Below, in pieces: positions 30,801 to 39,488 of a stretch of 64,000 bases of DNA. The number at the start of each line of letters is the position of its first letter. The first letter of the stretch is position 1. The stretch spans positions 352,540-416,539 of the IMG/VR virus record IMGVR_UViG_3300028840_002431. One strand, given 5' to 3'. Below the pieces are notes generated by a model. That model did no database searches and had not been told where the DNA came from. It saw only the letters and a list, made by a program, of their open reading frames with translations. A program made the position numbers and the translations under genes.

Positions 30801-31163
30801 TTCGAGGGCGAACTGCATCTGCATTCTACGACGACCGAGACTCGTCGAGTTGCTGGGCAAGAACCGGAACGCCTTGTCCATCATTTTCTTCTGGCTCCCG
30901 GTCGGCATCGCGTCTCCCAGGAACTCTTTGATGGTCCCCACGTGAGCGCGATCAGCCATCTTAACAAGCTGGACGCCTTTCCGGACCAAGTCGTCGTCAA
31001 CCTTGGAACCCGTCGCTTCTTCGAGGTAACGCGAGTAGGTGTCTAACGCGAGTATGAACACAACATACTCAGCGATTTCGAGTTCGCCTATCTCGTCTTC
31101 TTCATCGTCATCGGGAGGCATCGCACCCGAGCGTTGAAGAACTTGCTCTGGAGAAAGTGTCAT
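27864..31163 (-). CDS. UvrD/PcrA/Rep-family superfamily 1 DNA helicase with ~290 aa N-terminal extension
   Basis: All SF1 motifs are present: AGAGAGKST, TSFNKKAADEL, DFDDML, VDEAQD, GDDKQSIYGFRGA, TNYRC, ILTRTN, TVHSVKG, ERRLAYVALSRA. Confidence 0.95.
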   Translation of the reverse strand: MTLSPEQVLQRSGAMPPDDDEEDEIGELEIAEYVVFILALDTYSRYLEEATGSKVDDDLVRKGVQLVKMADRAHVGTIKEFLGDAMPTGSQKKMMDKAFRFLPSNSTSLGRRRMQMQFALERGGPATLRKIFKSNKAIREMKAAMAAADIEDADVALDKFAVIPLKNMRLRRWIDMAAEAAGSGSFQNAVAVGSEEADEDVAAIATARTNQQGTSPDSEEHNQAVSEKDDRLLDVQEKATEAAERAMVVSGEVDEPPAKSEVVGIATAAAVAVTTDPANPNNVPAPLRKLDDEQRMAALTDGRVLVAAGAGAGKSTTVVSRTEFLVKDRRVDPSRILVTSFNKKAADELEQKIGTAIGGDSVSQMSVGTMHKLFKKFIGEYGTGRERMAMGLAKGRSGFVKGGSPVARAVQRMWSDCYPADTPEERKVPRLKNVLLAKAKWAGNNITPAKAKEEARTPEEVDAADWYEMYEGLKGAIPGWTAPCKSKAYERFMGRWRPNDQRLGDFDDMLVIFDNILKREPAVRKTLQQAFDHVIVDEAQDLSGVQYSVISQMTEHVSDGKDGKSLWICGDDKQSIYGFRGARPDLFTSLSETEGWTTKMIRTNYRCQPEIVEAANALIAHNEKQIPMEAVPSPHKARGMASIEVRNPPDEATAALSVVEEIKSDITADGNVTDNAILTRTNKEQHAYETACIIRGVPYARKGTSSFLGSPETKAFLGYVDLVMGSDFGKMQKALAEVLNKPNRFFVAPEVCEQAVNDSLYGYAKRMELDVKTVNPIAAMEDDMFMRSLAGKLARSKSGFKFRKTIEKLEELRGEMGQMKARSEDPEYTTTDLFEDILGMRGTATVTDSVTGRTEYVEQTFRESLKADLRDAIGDDEDAAADAGDDEEGSETEGLGNVSFLFELIKKDPTDPEDMITDPGTPFGFKAKMDRYAAKADELRVDVKKWEDAQKNLPPEERKPPPGVYLGTVHSVKGAQWKNCYVAMPKGRFPIVPPAKPGEPPPDPAVQQEELESERRLAYVALSRAAENLNVICPNVVGGKAAGISPFVSEAGLAVGQNVPKPETEAEVEVGEEVIEEEPEVRTAAVEYEGVLPDDWEEE

Positions 31164-31202
31164 ATCAAAACGCTCCTACTCGTCAATTAAACCAAAGAAT
31201 AC

Positions 31203-31796
31203 TCAACACGGAGGCTCGCAGTCAGGAGGGCAAGGAGGTCGTCCGTAAGGTTCGCAATCAGGGCCTACTATGGGGACAGGCGGATCACAAGGCGGAGATG
31301 TTACAGCCTGGGTCGGCATCGGCGTCTCAGGGAACACCCGAATCTTACGCGGCCTGAAATCCGGACACAGAGCGTGCTCTGTCAAACTGGCCCGGTGGTC
31401 AGCCTCACAAACCTGATTGGACAAATCGGCCCACGAGTTCACCGGGATCGGTATTGTGTTGTCCTCCCACCCCTGAACCGTCGCCAACGGGACGCCGAAC
31501 GCCGTCGCTATATCGGCTTGTGTCAGTTGGAGCGAAAGCCTCAGAAACTCAAAGGTCTCGCCTCTTATGAGACCCATATGGGCCAGCGTGGAAGCGGCCC
31601 TCAGGTTCGAAGCTTGCTGGACTTCGGGCGTGAACTGCACTCCCCATTCATACAAAGTGCCCGGCACCGCCGCGACGAATACGATTCCCGTATCCCCGAC
31701 GGGCATCAAATAGTCGAAGAGACCGACTCTTCCAACCCGCTCTGGATAGTCGGCCTCAAGAACGACAATAGGGAAATCAGGTAGGTCGTCAGCCAC
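31203..31796 (-). CDS. XRE/Cro-type HTH protein, MqsA-antitoxin-like but lacking the Zn-finger cysteines
   Basis: GETFEFLRLSLQLTQADIATAFGVPLATVQGWE HTH pattern; Pro/Cys-rich C-terminal tail; GTG start. Confidence 0.6.
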   Translation of the reverse strand: MADDLPDFPIVVLEADYPERVGRVGLFDYLMPVGDTGIVFVAAVPGTLYEWGVQFTPEVQQASNLRAASTLAHMGLIRGETFEFLRLSLQLTQADIATAFGVPLATVQGWEDNTIPIPVNSWADLSNQVCEADHRASLTEHALCPDFRPRKIRVFPETPMPTQAVTSPPCDPPVPIVGPDCEPYGRPPCPPDCEPPC

Positions 31797-31853
31797 AGAA
31801 CCCTCTCCTCACAATTAATAACAAAGAATCCTCTCGACGGTGTAAACTTTCGC

Positions 31854-32723
31854 ATGGACTTAAATGTCCGAATTGAGAAGGGTTTGCCGACCGTTGTGCC
31901 GGATGCGATATCCTTCGAAACAGGCTTAACCAAAGAACAGTTAGAAGACCCGGAAGTGTTGGGGTATGAGCACCACGGGCCTGAATTCTCCGCCTACGAT
32001 AAAGGCGCGTTGCCGAGCTTCTACGAGGACCTCATCCTGGGAAGACCGATGCCCACGACCTTGGCCACTCCTGGGGTCCAGGACATCGACACCCTTCTTG
32101 CCATAGCCTTATTCTTACACCGGGATTTGGCGACCCACCCTTCTACCGCCCACGTTGTTTACACAGTGGACTTCATACACCGGCTTGGTCTACCAGCCCT
32201 GGCCCACCTGGACGACAACCTCGCACGCTTCTTTTCCTCCCTCCGAACCTATTTTCCGGAAGGACTCGGACAACGCGAACTCAGCGACCGGGTCCAACAC
32301 GGCGTCGGCTGGCTCAGAGAGTACATACACGACGGCACTTTAGCGCTCACCGCCCCGTCACGAGCCAGGGTCAGAATCCTGGACCAGGGCACATCAGGTT
32401 TCGTTGTCGCGACCGATGAGTCCGACACCCCTTTGTCGATCCACCTTGTTGACGGTTGGGTAGAACTCTACCGCCTTGGTTTCCTGAGGGGTGTCCTCTC
32501 CAAGAGCGGGCAAAACGACCGAAACTACGTTCTCGCCGCCCGTAAGAGCCTCTTCTTGCCCTTCGACCTGGAAAAGGCGTGCCACATCCTGAACCAGATG
32601 GAAAGCTCCATGGGAGAGCTACCCGACTGGAAGGTGTCAGAAGACGAATTATGGTTGTGGGGTCCGCCAGAAGGAACGTTGATCCTTCTTCGGCATATCA
32701 ACGACGTGCTCGTTAGAGTCTAA
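31854..32723 (+). CDS. Hypothetical protein, remote DHH-phosphoesterase-like candidate; only credible plus-strand gene
   Basis: 289 aa filling a gap free of minus-strand genes; EHHG and QDIDT motifs; its stop overlaps the convergent stop at 32720-32723. Confidence 0.6.
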   Translation: MDLNVRIEKGLPTVVPDAISFETGLTKEQLEDPEVLGYEHHGPEFSAYDKGALPSFYEDLILGRPMPTTLATPGVQDIDTLLAIALFLHRDLATHPSTAHVVYTVDFIHRLGLPALAHLDDNLARFFSSLRTYFPEGLGQRELSDRVQHGVGWLREYIHDGTLALTAPSRARVRILDQGTSGFVVATDESDTPLSIHLVDGWVELYRLGFLRGVLSKSGQNDRNYVLAARKSLFLPFDLEKACHILNQMESSMGELPDWKVSEDELWLWGPPEGTLILLRHINDVLVRV

Positions 32724-32971
32724 CCACCCCGCTTAACCCTAGCGTGGATATCTTTCAGGGCGTCCACAATCTCCGCTTGCTCTTTTTCAAGGTCCGCAAG
32801 ATTCTTCTTGGCCCTCTCCGCCCAATTCGAGGTTTCTCTGAGATCACGTTTGGCGTCGCCCAACGGCCCGGCGAGATTGATTACTCGCACGAAAGCTTCT
32901 TCCAAGTCGTCCTCAATAGAGGCACCCTTCTTTGTTCTAGCCTTGGCGGTCTTCCAGCGGAGATGGTCCAT
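32720..32971 (-). CDS. Small helical protein with MDxLRWK N-terminus
   Basis: MDHLRWKTAKART; GAGG RBS. Confidence 0.75.
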   Translation of the reverse strand: MDHLRWKTAKARTKKGASIEDDLEEAFVRVINLAGPLGDAKRDLRETSNWAERAKKNLADLEKEQAEIVDALKDIHARVKRGG

Positions 32972-32974
32972 GAT

Positions 32975-33256
32975 CTACCTCTTAGCGTCCATCCCGCCCC
33001 ACCAGTAAGCGAACTCCCAAAGACTGCTCGCAAGATTGGCGAAATGGCCTAAAGGAGGCCCTATGGGTGAACGTCCTTTCTTCGCAGCCCTCTCAGCTTG
33101 CTTGGCCGACGCCATCAATTCTGAAAAAGCCTGATCGAACTCGGCTTCCGCCTCCGGGTCGGCCGCCTTGAATCCGGCCTCGTAAGCCCTTTTCAACGTC
33201 TCTACAATAGGGCGATCCATACCCGCTTGTTTGGTTTTCCATTTGAGTTGGTCCAT
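32975..33256 (-). CDS. Small helical protein with MDxLKWK N-terminus
   Basis: Start moved to the ATG at 33256 (TGATG overlap): MDQLKWKTKQAG. Confidence 0.75.
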   Translation of the reverse strand: MDQLKWKTKQAGMDRPIVETLKRAYEAGFKAADPEAEAEFDQAFSELMASAKQAERAAKKGRSPIGPPLGHFANLASSLWEFAYWWGGMDAKR

Positions 33257-34002
33257 CAGATTTGCGCCCAATCATCAAAGCGGGTGTCCTTGAAACCGCC
33301 CTCAATTGAATTCATGTCTACCTGCATTTCCCACTCTTCACCTTCGTAGTCCTCGATGGTGAACACGATAGACTGTTGCTTCTGGCCTTTACCCCCGTAT
33401 TCGTCCCACTTCACATCTTCCACGTCCACCGGAGTGCCAAAAGTCTCCTCGTAATCCTCGTCGTCTCCTGTGAACTGGTTGGTCATTGTGACTGTGACTT
33501 CGACCCCATCCCCAATCGGGTAAGCATTAACGTCACTGATGTAATAGACGGAACCGGCGTGGCCCCCCTTTGGGACAAACTTGTGTTTCCGTAGCTTGCC
33601 GCTGGGCTTCCCTCTCTCATAATAACTCAACCACTTCTCGACTTCCCGGTTTCCGTACCAGTCGTCGTCTCTGGGAAGACCCTTGCGGGCCGCCGCCCTG
33701 ATATCGTCCTCAAGGAACTTGAACACATCCACGTAGAGTTGGACCCCGGAAGACATAACTACATCCCACACACCCATGGCCGCGTAACGAGGTGTGAACT
33801 CCCGGTCCTTGAGCCATTTCTCCACTAGATTCGCGGCTTTACGAGGGTCGAGTTTCCCAACGCTGTGGAGAAGATCCAAGGGAGAGTCCCCACCCATTGG
33901 GTCTTCCCCCCACCACCCGGCAGTCTTGCGCCGAGTGTAAGCTTTTTCAAAAGCCTTCCTCTCGACGACGTTCCTGTAACCCTCTACTACTTTTTCACGC
34001 AC
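33256..34002 (-). CDS. Hypothetical protein with KAFEKA..KTAG N-terminal tag
   Basis: 248 aa, coupled to its neighbours. Confidence 0.75.
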   Translation of the reverse strand: MREKVVEGYRNVVERKAFEKAYTRRKTAGWWGEDPMGGDSPLDLLHSVGKLDPRKAANLVEKWLKDREFTPRYAAMGVWDVVMSSGVQLYVDVFKFLEDDIRAAARKGLPRDDDWYGNREVEKWLSYYERGKPSGKLRKHKFVPKGGHAGSVYYISDVNAYPIGDGVEVTVTMTNQFTGDDEDYEETFGTPVDVEDVKWDEYGGKGQKQQSIVFTIEDYEGEEWEMQVDMNSIEGGFKDTRFDDWAQI

Positions 34003-34005
34003 GGT

Positions 34006-34338
34006 TTACTCCTCGTCTTCCGGAGGTGGTGTCCCCGGTTTGTGGCTCTTGTCGGTCGAGTAATGAGCCGGTCGCCACTTGATCTTATACTGACGAGCCA
34101 ACTTTTTAGCGGTCTTAACGGCCTCCTCGAAAGTCTTGGCCCACACAGTCCGAATCGAATCCCGCTCAATGACCTTGCCACCCCGAGATATCCCGACCTC
34201 TGTGCGCCATCCGTCAGACTCCGCCGCAATCACCTGAACCATCAGGGTGACTTTGTCAGAGCCGCCGACAAAATTATACTTCCACCGTTCCTTGTCAGCG
34301 GCCGTTTTCGTGTTCGTTTTCCAGCGAAGGTCGTCCAT
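34006..34338 (-). CDS. Small protein with MDxLRWK N-terminus
   Basis: MDDLRWKTNTKTAAD; GAGG RBS. Confidence 0.75.
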   Translation of the reverse strand: MDDLRWKTNTKTAADKERWKYNFVGGSDKVTLMVQVIAAESDGWRTEVGISRGGKVIERDSIRTVWAKTFEEAVKTAKKLARQYKIKWRPAHYSTDKSHKPGTPPPEDEE

Positions 34339-34339
34339 A

Positions 34340-34717
34340 TTACCTCGGAAAGATCTTGGCCCGCATTTGATCGGAGTACTCGCCAGGATCTCCGAACTTC
34401 TTGACGAACTTAGTCTCAGCCTTGGCGAGTTCGTCGAACGTCTTTTTGGAGATGTTCTCCAACTCCTTTACGGCGTCCTCTATCTTCTTGATCATGGCTT
34501 CGGCGTCTTTTCTAGCGGGGCCGTCTATAAAGTGAGCCGCGTCATAGTAGTCCCGCTTTGTCTCTGTGAGGTCGTACTCGATATCATGGAGAGTGTTCCA
34601 TACCTTATCGAGACAACGTCCCACGGGTCCGTCCCTAAGGAGGGCCTTACGGTTGAAAGCTGCGTCGAACGCGCTCTTCTCAAGAGCCTCCTTAAAAGCC
34701 TTCACCTCCTTGGACAT
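34340..34717 (-). CDS. Small helical protein with KAFKEALEKSA N-terminal tag
   Basis: 125 aa; AGGAGG RBS upstream. Confidence 0.75.
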   Translation of the reverse strand: MSKEVKAFKEALEKSAFDAAFNRKALLRDGPVGRCLDKVWNTLHDIEYDLTETKRDYYDAAHFIDGPARKDAEAMIKKIEDAVKELENISKKTFDELAKAETKFVKKFGDPGEYSDQMRAKIFPR

Positions 34718-34725
34718 AACACCTC

Positions 34726-35013
34726 CTACCGTCGCCGCTTCTTTACGTTTCTCTCCAGGATCTCGGCGGCTCTCCTGGCGTCCATCAAGGAGCGTGTTGC
34801 CTTGCTTATAGGCTCCAATACCGTGTCGGCCTCAAGCATACTCACCACTCCCTGATACTGGATGTTCGACACCATCTCTTCTAACTTCTTGACTGCCCGT
34901 GCGACCGCCATGAACTCCCGATCAACGGTCTTGAAGTCGGTGTCCTTCCAGCCCGCAGAACGCACGACTCCGTCAGACGCCGCGTTCCTTACCTTCCAAC
35001 GCAAAGCATCCAA
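34726..35013 (-). CDS. Small helical protein with MDxLRWK N-terminus
   Basis: TTG start with GGAGG RBS; MDALRWKVRNAAS. Confidence 0.7.
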   Translation of the reverse strand: MDALRWKVRNAASDGVVRSAGWKDTDFKTVDREFMAVARAVKKLEEMVSNIQYQGVVSMLEADTVLEPISKATRSLMDARRAAEILERNVKKRRR

Positions 35014-35029
35014 CGGAGCCTCCGGTGTG

Positions 35030-38000
35030 TTAGATCCGCGCCCTCAGATTGAACGTCAGGAGGATGTACAACAGCGGGAAGATCGGGCTGTAGAACATCT
35101 CAAACCTGAGAATCGTGGGATCGTCCTGGTCGATGGTAGCTGTCATGCCCGTGAAGGCTCCGACAATCTCAGCTTGCACGAGAGAGCGGAACAATCCGGT
35201 CATGGAGACCACGACCTCGTTGGTACGCGAAGCCAGGAACTTCGTGCCGATGAACGAGTCCAGGATAGCCCGGCTCTGTTGCTGGACGAAGTCAGCGATT
35301 TGGATGACTGTCGGAAGCCGTGTGAGCACCGAAGTCATGTTGGTGGTCAGGCCCTGACGAATCCGGATAATCGGGTCCAGATCTTCCAGGAGCGTAACAC
35401 CAGCAACCGCTGTCTGGTTCGCCTCGACAGGATCAAGGATACGCGGAATCCGCGTAAAGCCCTGAACCCGACGACGTGTGTAAGGAGTGGCTACATCGAC
35501 AGCCGGGGAAACGACAGCGCCAGCCACAGCGGCTGCGAAGAAGCTGCCATCGATCAGGCTCTCGAACGACTGCCCCAGTTCATCGGTCAAGGTGATAACC
35601 GATGAATCCGGGTAGTAGGCCACGATACGGCTGGAATTCAGCCCTCTGGCCACACTCTGAGCCGTCGTCGCGGAGGTGCCGGACGCGAATCCGATCATAC
35701 CCATCCGCTCTGCCTGATTCCGAGTGTTGCTCTGAATCTCGCAGTGTGAGGTCAGGTGCGTGTATACCGATGTGTCCGTGGACCCCGGAACGATGATATC
35801 CGGCCGGATGTTGCCCGGAAGCGGGGTCGCCAGTTCATCGATCGCCTCGTTGTACGACTGGGCGCTGGCTTGGTTCGTGTTCGGCTCCTTGAGGACCTGC
35901 TTCATGATGAGCAAGACGGCCCCGTTCAGGATCGACAAGTAACCAGACAGCGTCAGACGGTTCTCAGCCGACGTGCGGCCGAAGTTCGCCTCAATCGTCT
36001 TGAGTTGCTGGTAGATCTTGGGCGAGTAGTCCTGCTTCAAGTAGCGGTAGCTGATGAAGTAGAAGTCCCCAACGGCCGGTTCCACACCATCCGGGTTGTA
36101 CGTCACGAGAGACGCAGTGTCGTTCACGCCCACGCCAACGGTGTTTGTGACCAACAGTTCCAGACCACCGATGGAGTAGCGAGGAATCGACGGACTCACA
36201 TGGAAAGTCGTGGAGATCTCCAACGTGAAATACCCGGCTGGATCATAACTCCCGGTCGCGGACGGCAGAACCGTGAACCGAAGACCCGTACGAGCGTCTG
36301 TGTAGGTCTGGCCCGGATAACCGGTTCCAGCGGAACCCACAGCCGAAGTTGACGTTACGTCGTACTTATCGGACGGGTCCTCACCAACGTCTCCGTCGGT
36401 GCCCGGCGTGATGTTGATGCCTGTCGTCGGATTGAATGCCGAATTCGCGGAGTTCACGAATCCGATGCTCGAAGTAGCCGCACCCACCGTCAACGACTCG
36501 ATACGAATGTAGCTGTCGCCAGAGATTTCCTCGACGTAAGCCACAGCACCGGCCGCGAAACCAGCCGTGTCGTTGAGAATGTCCACGACCTCTTGAGCGC
36601 CAACCTGGGTCTGGGTGGCCGCGTCGTTCTGGGTGTACCCTAGTACATCGTTCGCAGAGCCACCGCCAATCAACAGGGAAGACCCGGTATCGTTGGTCGG
36701 GCTGGTCAGACGAATCTTGTCCAGGTTCACCCCGGTGCCCACCGACGCCAAGGCAGGGACCACGGCGTTGATGTCCGCGATAACTGTCGCGGGAAGAACG
36801 GCCGCACCCGCTGTCAGCGTGACGGTGTACTCCACGCCGTCCACAGTGACGACCAGTGTGTCGTTCAGACCGGTGGTGATGTTGAACGGGCCAGCAAGAG
36901 TGCCGAGATACGTGGCCGCCTTGCAGATGGCTCCGGTGGTCCCGTTGGCTTGCTGGAAGGTCGCGAAACCGAGAGTGGTCTCGGCCGTCCCCTGGTTGAT
37001 CGTGACATTCGCCACGTCGTCCAATCCAGCCGGTAGCGCACCCGGAACCTGACGACCCTCAATGATAAAGAAAACGTCGCCGGTAGCCGGTCCAACCTGC
37101 CGGAAGCTGGCCAGATTGTTCGGGGCTGTGGCAATGAAGTTCGGATCAGCGTCGATGGCCGCGTTGATCTCGCCTACGATGAAGGCCGGAAACTGGTTGC
37201 CAGCGGTCAAGCTGATCGTACCAATCGTGAACCCGTCGATCGTAAGATTCAGATCGTTATTAGGAGCCGGGGAGATGGCAATCTTACCAGCGTCCGGACC
37301 GGTCTGAATCGGAGTCACAGCGTCGCCCACCAGGAAAGCCTGGGCAGCCGCCGCCAGATTCGAGGACTGGTTCACGCCGTTGACCTGAGTGACCCAGGTG
37401 GCGGAGAACGGGGAGTAGAAGCTGTACGGAGCCGCTCCCTTGTTCGTGTAGCTCGCGTTGGAGCCAGGGGTCTGCCCGAAGGTCACTGTAACAACCTCGG
37501 ACACCGCCGTGCCGGAACCTGTGTGGAAGGCGTCCGGAATCAACTCCGAGCCACGCGGCCACTGGACGATCTGACTCAGACCGGACTTGGTTCCAAACCG
37601 GACCTCGTAGAGATTCTGATCGAGAATGGTCGAGAACACCGTGTACTCGCCCGTGCCGACCGGACCGGCAACCTGATTGGTCAGGATGAAGGTGTCATCC
37701 GACAACCGGCTGTAGTAGAAGGTCGCGTAGGCGTTATGGTCGGGCGGGACCGGGTCCTTGAGGACGATTCGCCGGTTCACACCATCCACGACAGTGACGG
37801 TCGCAGCCGGGCGGTTCAACGCATCTTGGAGGTTGATGCCCGTGTAAACCCTCACGAGATCCGGTCGGTTCGTCGTGAGCGCCTGACGGCTGTTAGCCAC
37901 CGAATTGAAGGTTTGAAGGCCCAGCGGAGTGCTACGCCCGTTACCCATGGTCGGAACCTCAGGCAACAGAAAGTCGGTGGACGATACTGTGGCCGGAATC

Positions 38001-39319
38001 GTTGTCGTGTCTGTGACCCGGTCACAGAGAGCCAGATAGTACTGACTGTCGATGAGGGTTCCGACGATTTGTCCGCCAGATCCGGTGTCACCATCGAACG
38101 GGGTCGCGCCCGGAGTGGTCGTTTCCGCCGTTACCTGGAAGCTTGCGCCCCAGTTGATGACGCTCACATCCGTGCTTGGGTTCGAGATAACGAAGTCCGT
38201 ACCCTGGATGTAGTCGTTACGACCCGGCGAGATCCCGCACCGCAGTACGGTGGTCACGAGGCTGTTGGGCAGGTAATCGAAGGTGTCCTGCCATGTGTTG
38301 GCCCAGTAGTCGATTGTGACAGTCGAGCCAGGAGCCGGGGCAAACGGCAGCGTGACGATACCGTTGGTGCCGTCAACCGCTTCGGCCACAACCTGTGTAC
38401 CGTCTACCTTGGCAACAACCTTGGACGGATCGGTTGTTGTGATTCCGCCGCTCGAACCATCCACGATTGGCCGGTTGAAGACCCGGAAATCGGCGTTACG
38501 GTTCGTGCTGTTACCTTCGGAGAAGCCCAAAGGACCGTTGGCGGTCCCGTTCCCAATCTCGATGCTGATTGAACTCGTGAACGAGATGTGGTCCCGGCCC
38601 TGACCGTCCGTGAAGACCGAAGTCGAAAGATTTGGAATCGCGGCAGCGTCAATGACCGATTTCAGGGTGGCGGCGCTGAGCGATCCGGCCGGGAACGTAA
38701 CCGTTGACTCCGTGCCGTTCACGTCGATGACAAAGATGTCGTTAACGCCGGTCGCAATGTCAAACGGAGCGTATCCCGGAGAAATCAGATTCGCGTTCTC
38801 AGTTGTGACCTGATCCGACACATCGTCGGTGAACGCTGTGTCTCCCCGGTGGAAGAAATAAGTGACGCGAACGTCGGCTTCCGGTTGGGTAGGCACCTGA
38901 AGGGTAACGAGGCCCTCTTGACCCCGCACAGACCCTAAAGATACGGGTACGCCGTTAACCGTGACAGTGACCGTTCTTGTGTCATTAGTCACCCGACCAA
39001 ATCCCTGGCCGTCTACAATCGGATAGTTCCTAACACGGAACGTCGTGAACGTACCGTCCTGAGCACCTAAGAGCAGGTTTTGAGGGTTCGTCGCATCAAC
39101 AACCCAGCTTTCTGACACGTCTTCGTTGACGATTTGCTGATCAACGGTTGCCGACGAGCCACGAACAAGCTCAAAATCGTTCTGCTCTAACTCTTCTTGA
39201 CCAACACCGATCAGGGCGGGGATTCTAAGTCCAGCCACCAAGTTCGAGGCATTGGTTTCAGTCAGGGTACGTGTGTAGACACCCGGAGGAGCATATGAAA
39301 TGAAGGGGCCAATCGCCAT
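35030..39319 (-). CDS. Contractile tail sheath protein with large inserted domains (1429 aa)
   Basis: N-terminal YAPPGVYTRT...IPALIGVG. C-terminal sheath core: AERMGMIG, SSRIVAYYP, GVTLLE, IRIRQGLTT, QIADFVQQQSRAILDSFIG, DPTILRFEMFYSPIFPLLYI. Confidence 0.9.
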   Translation of the reverse strand: MAIGPFISYAPPGVYTRTLTETNASNLVAGLRIPALIGVGQEELEQNDFELVRGSSATVDQQIVNEDVSESWVVDATNPQNLLLGAQDGTFTTFRVRNYPIVDGQGFGRVTNDTRTVTVTVNGVPVSLGSVRGQEGLVTLQVPTQPEADVRVTYFFHRGDTAFTDDVSDQVTTENANLISPGYAPFDIATGVNDIFVIDVNGTESTVTFPAGSLSAATLKSVIDAAAIPNLSTSVFTDGQGRDHISFTSSISIEIGNGTANGPLGFSEGNSTNRNADFRVFNRPIVDGSSGGITTTDPSKVVAKVDGTQVVAEAVDGTNGIVTLPFAPAPGSTVTIDYWANTWQDTFDYLPNSLVTTVLRCGISPGRNDYIQGTDFVISNPSTDVSVINWGASFQVTAETTTPGATPFDGDTGSGGQIVGTLIDSQYYLALCDRVTDTTTIPATVSSTDFLLPEVPTMGNGRSTPLGLQTFNSVANSRQALTTNRPDLVRVYTGINLQDALNRPAATVTVVDGVNRRIVLKDPVPPDHNAYATFYYSRLSDDTFILTNQVAGPVGTGEYTVFSTILDQNLYEVRFGTKSGLSQIVQWPRGSELIPDAFHTGSGTAVSEVVTVTFGQTPGSNASYTNKGAAPYSFYSPFSATWVTQVNGVNQSSNLAAAAQAFLVGDAVTPIQTGPDAGKIAISPAPNNDLNLTIDGFTIGTISLTAGNQFPAFIVGEINAAIDADPNFIATAPNNLASFRQVGPATGDVFFIIEGRQVPGALPAGLDDVANVTINQGTAETTLGFATFQQANGTTGAICKAATYLGTLAGPFNITTGLNDTLVVTVDGVEYTVTLTAGAAVLPATVIADINAVVPALASVGTGVNLDKIRLTSPTNDTGSSLLIGGGSANDVLGYTQNDAATQTQVGAQEVVDILNDTAGFAAGAVAYVEEISGDSYIRIESLTVGAATSSIGFVNSANSAFNPTTGINITPGTDGDVGEDPSDKYDVTSTSAVGSAGTGYPGQTYTDARTGLRFTVLPSATGSYDPAGYFTLEISTTFHVSPSIPRYSIGGLELLVTNTVGVGVNDTASLVTYNPDGVEPAVGDFYFISYRYLKQDYSPKIYQQLKTIEANFGRTSAENRLTLSGYLSILNGAVLLIMKQVLKEPNTNQASAQSYNEAIDELATPLPGNIRPDIIVPGSTDTSVYTHLTSHCEIQSNTRNQAERMGMIGFASGTSATTAQSVARGLNSSRIVAYYPDSSVITLTDELGQSFESLIDGSFFAAAVAGAVVSPAVDVATPYTRRRVQGFTRIPRILDPVEANQTAVAGVTLLEDLDPIIRIRQGLTTNMTSVLTRLPTVIQIADFVQQQSRAILDSFIGTKFLASRTNEVVVSMTGLFRSLVQAEIVGAFTGMTATIDQDDPTILRFEMFYSPIFPLLYILLTFNLRARI

Positions 39320-39323
39320 CAGA

Positions 39324-39488
39324 ATCTCCTTGAGGTTAGGTTATTTCTATCTGGGTCTGGGTGTCATCTTGGAAGTTTACCGTCGGAGGCGTTGGCTTCA
39401 CGGCGATAACGGTCTGATTCGATCCGGATCTAATCTTAGAGAAGCAACACACAACCTCTCGTACAGGCGGAGAAAATAAAACTTTATC
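39324..39488 (-). promoter_or_regulatory. Sheath leader containing shared intergenic motifs
   Basis: Five ATCT (AGAT on the mRNA strand); ATCTGGGT and TCTGATTCGAT shared with 25553-25702; AAAACTTTATC shared with 43157-43167. Confidence 0.4.
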
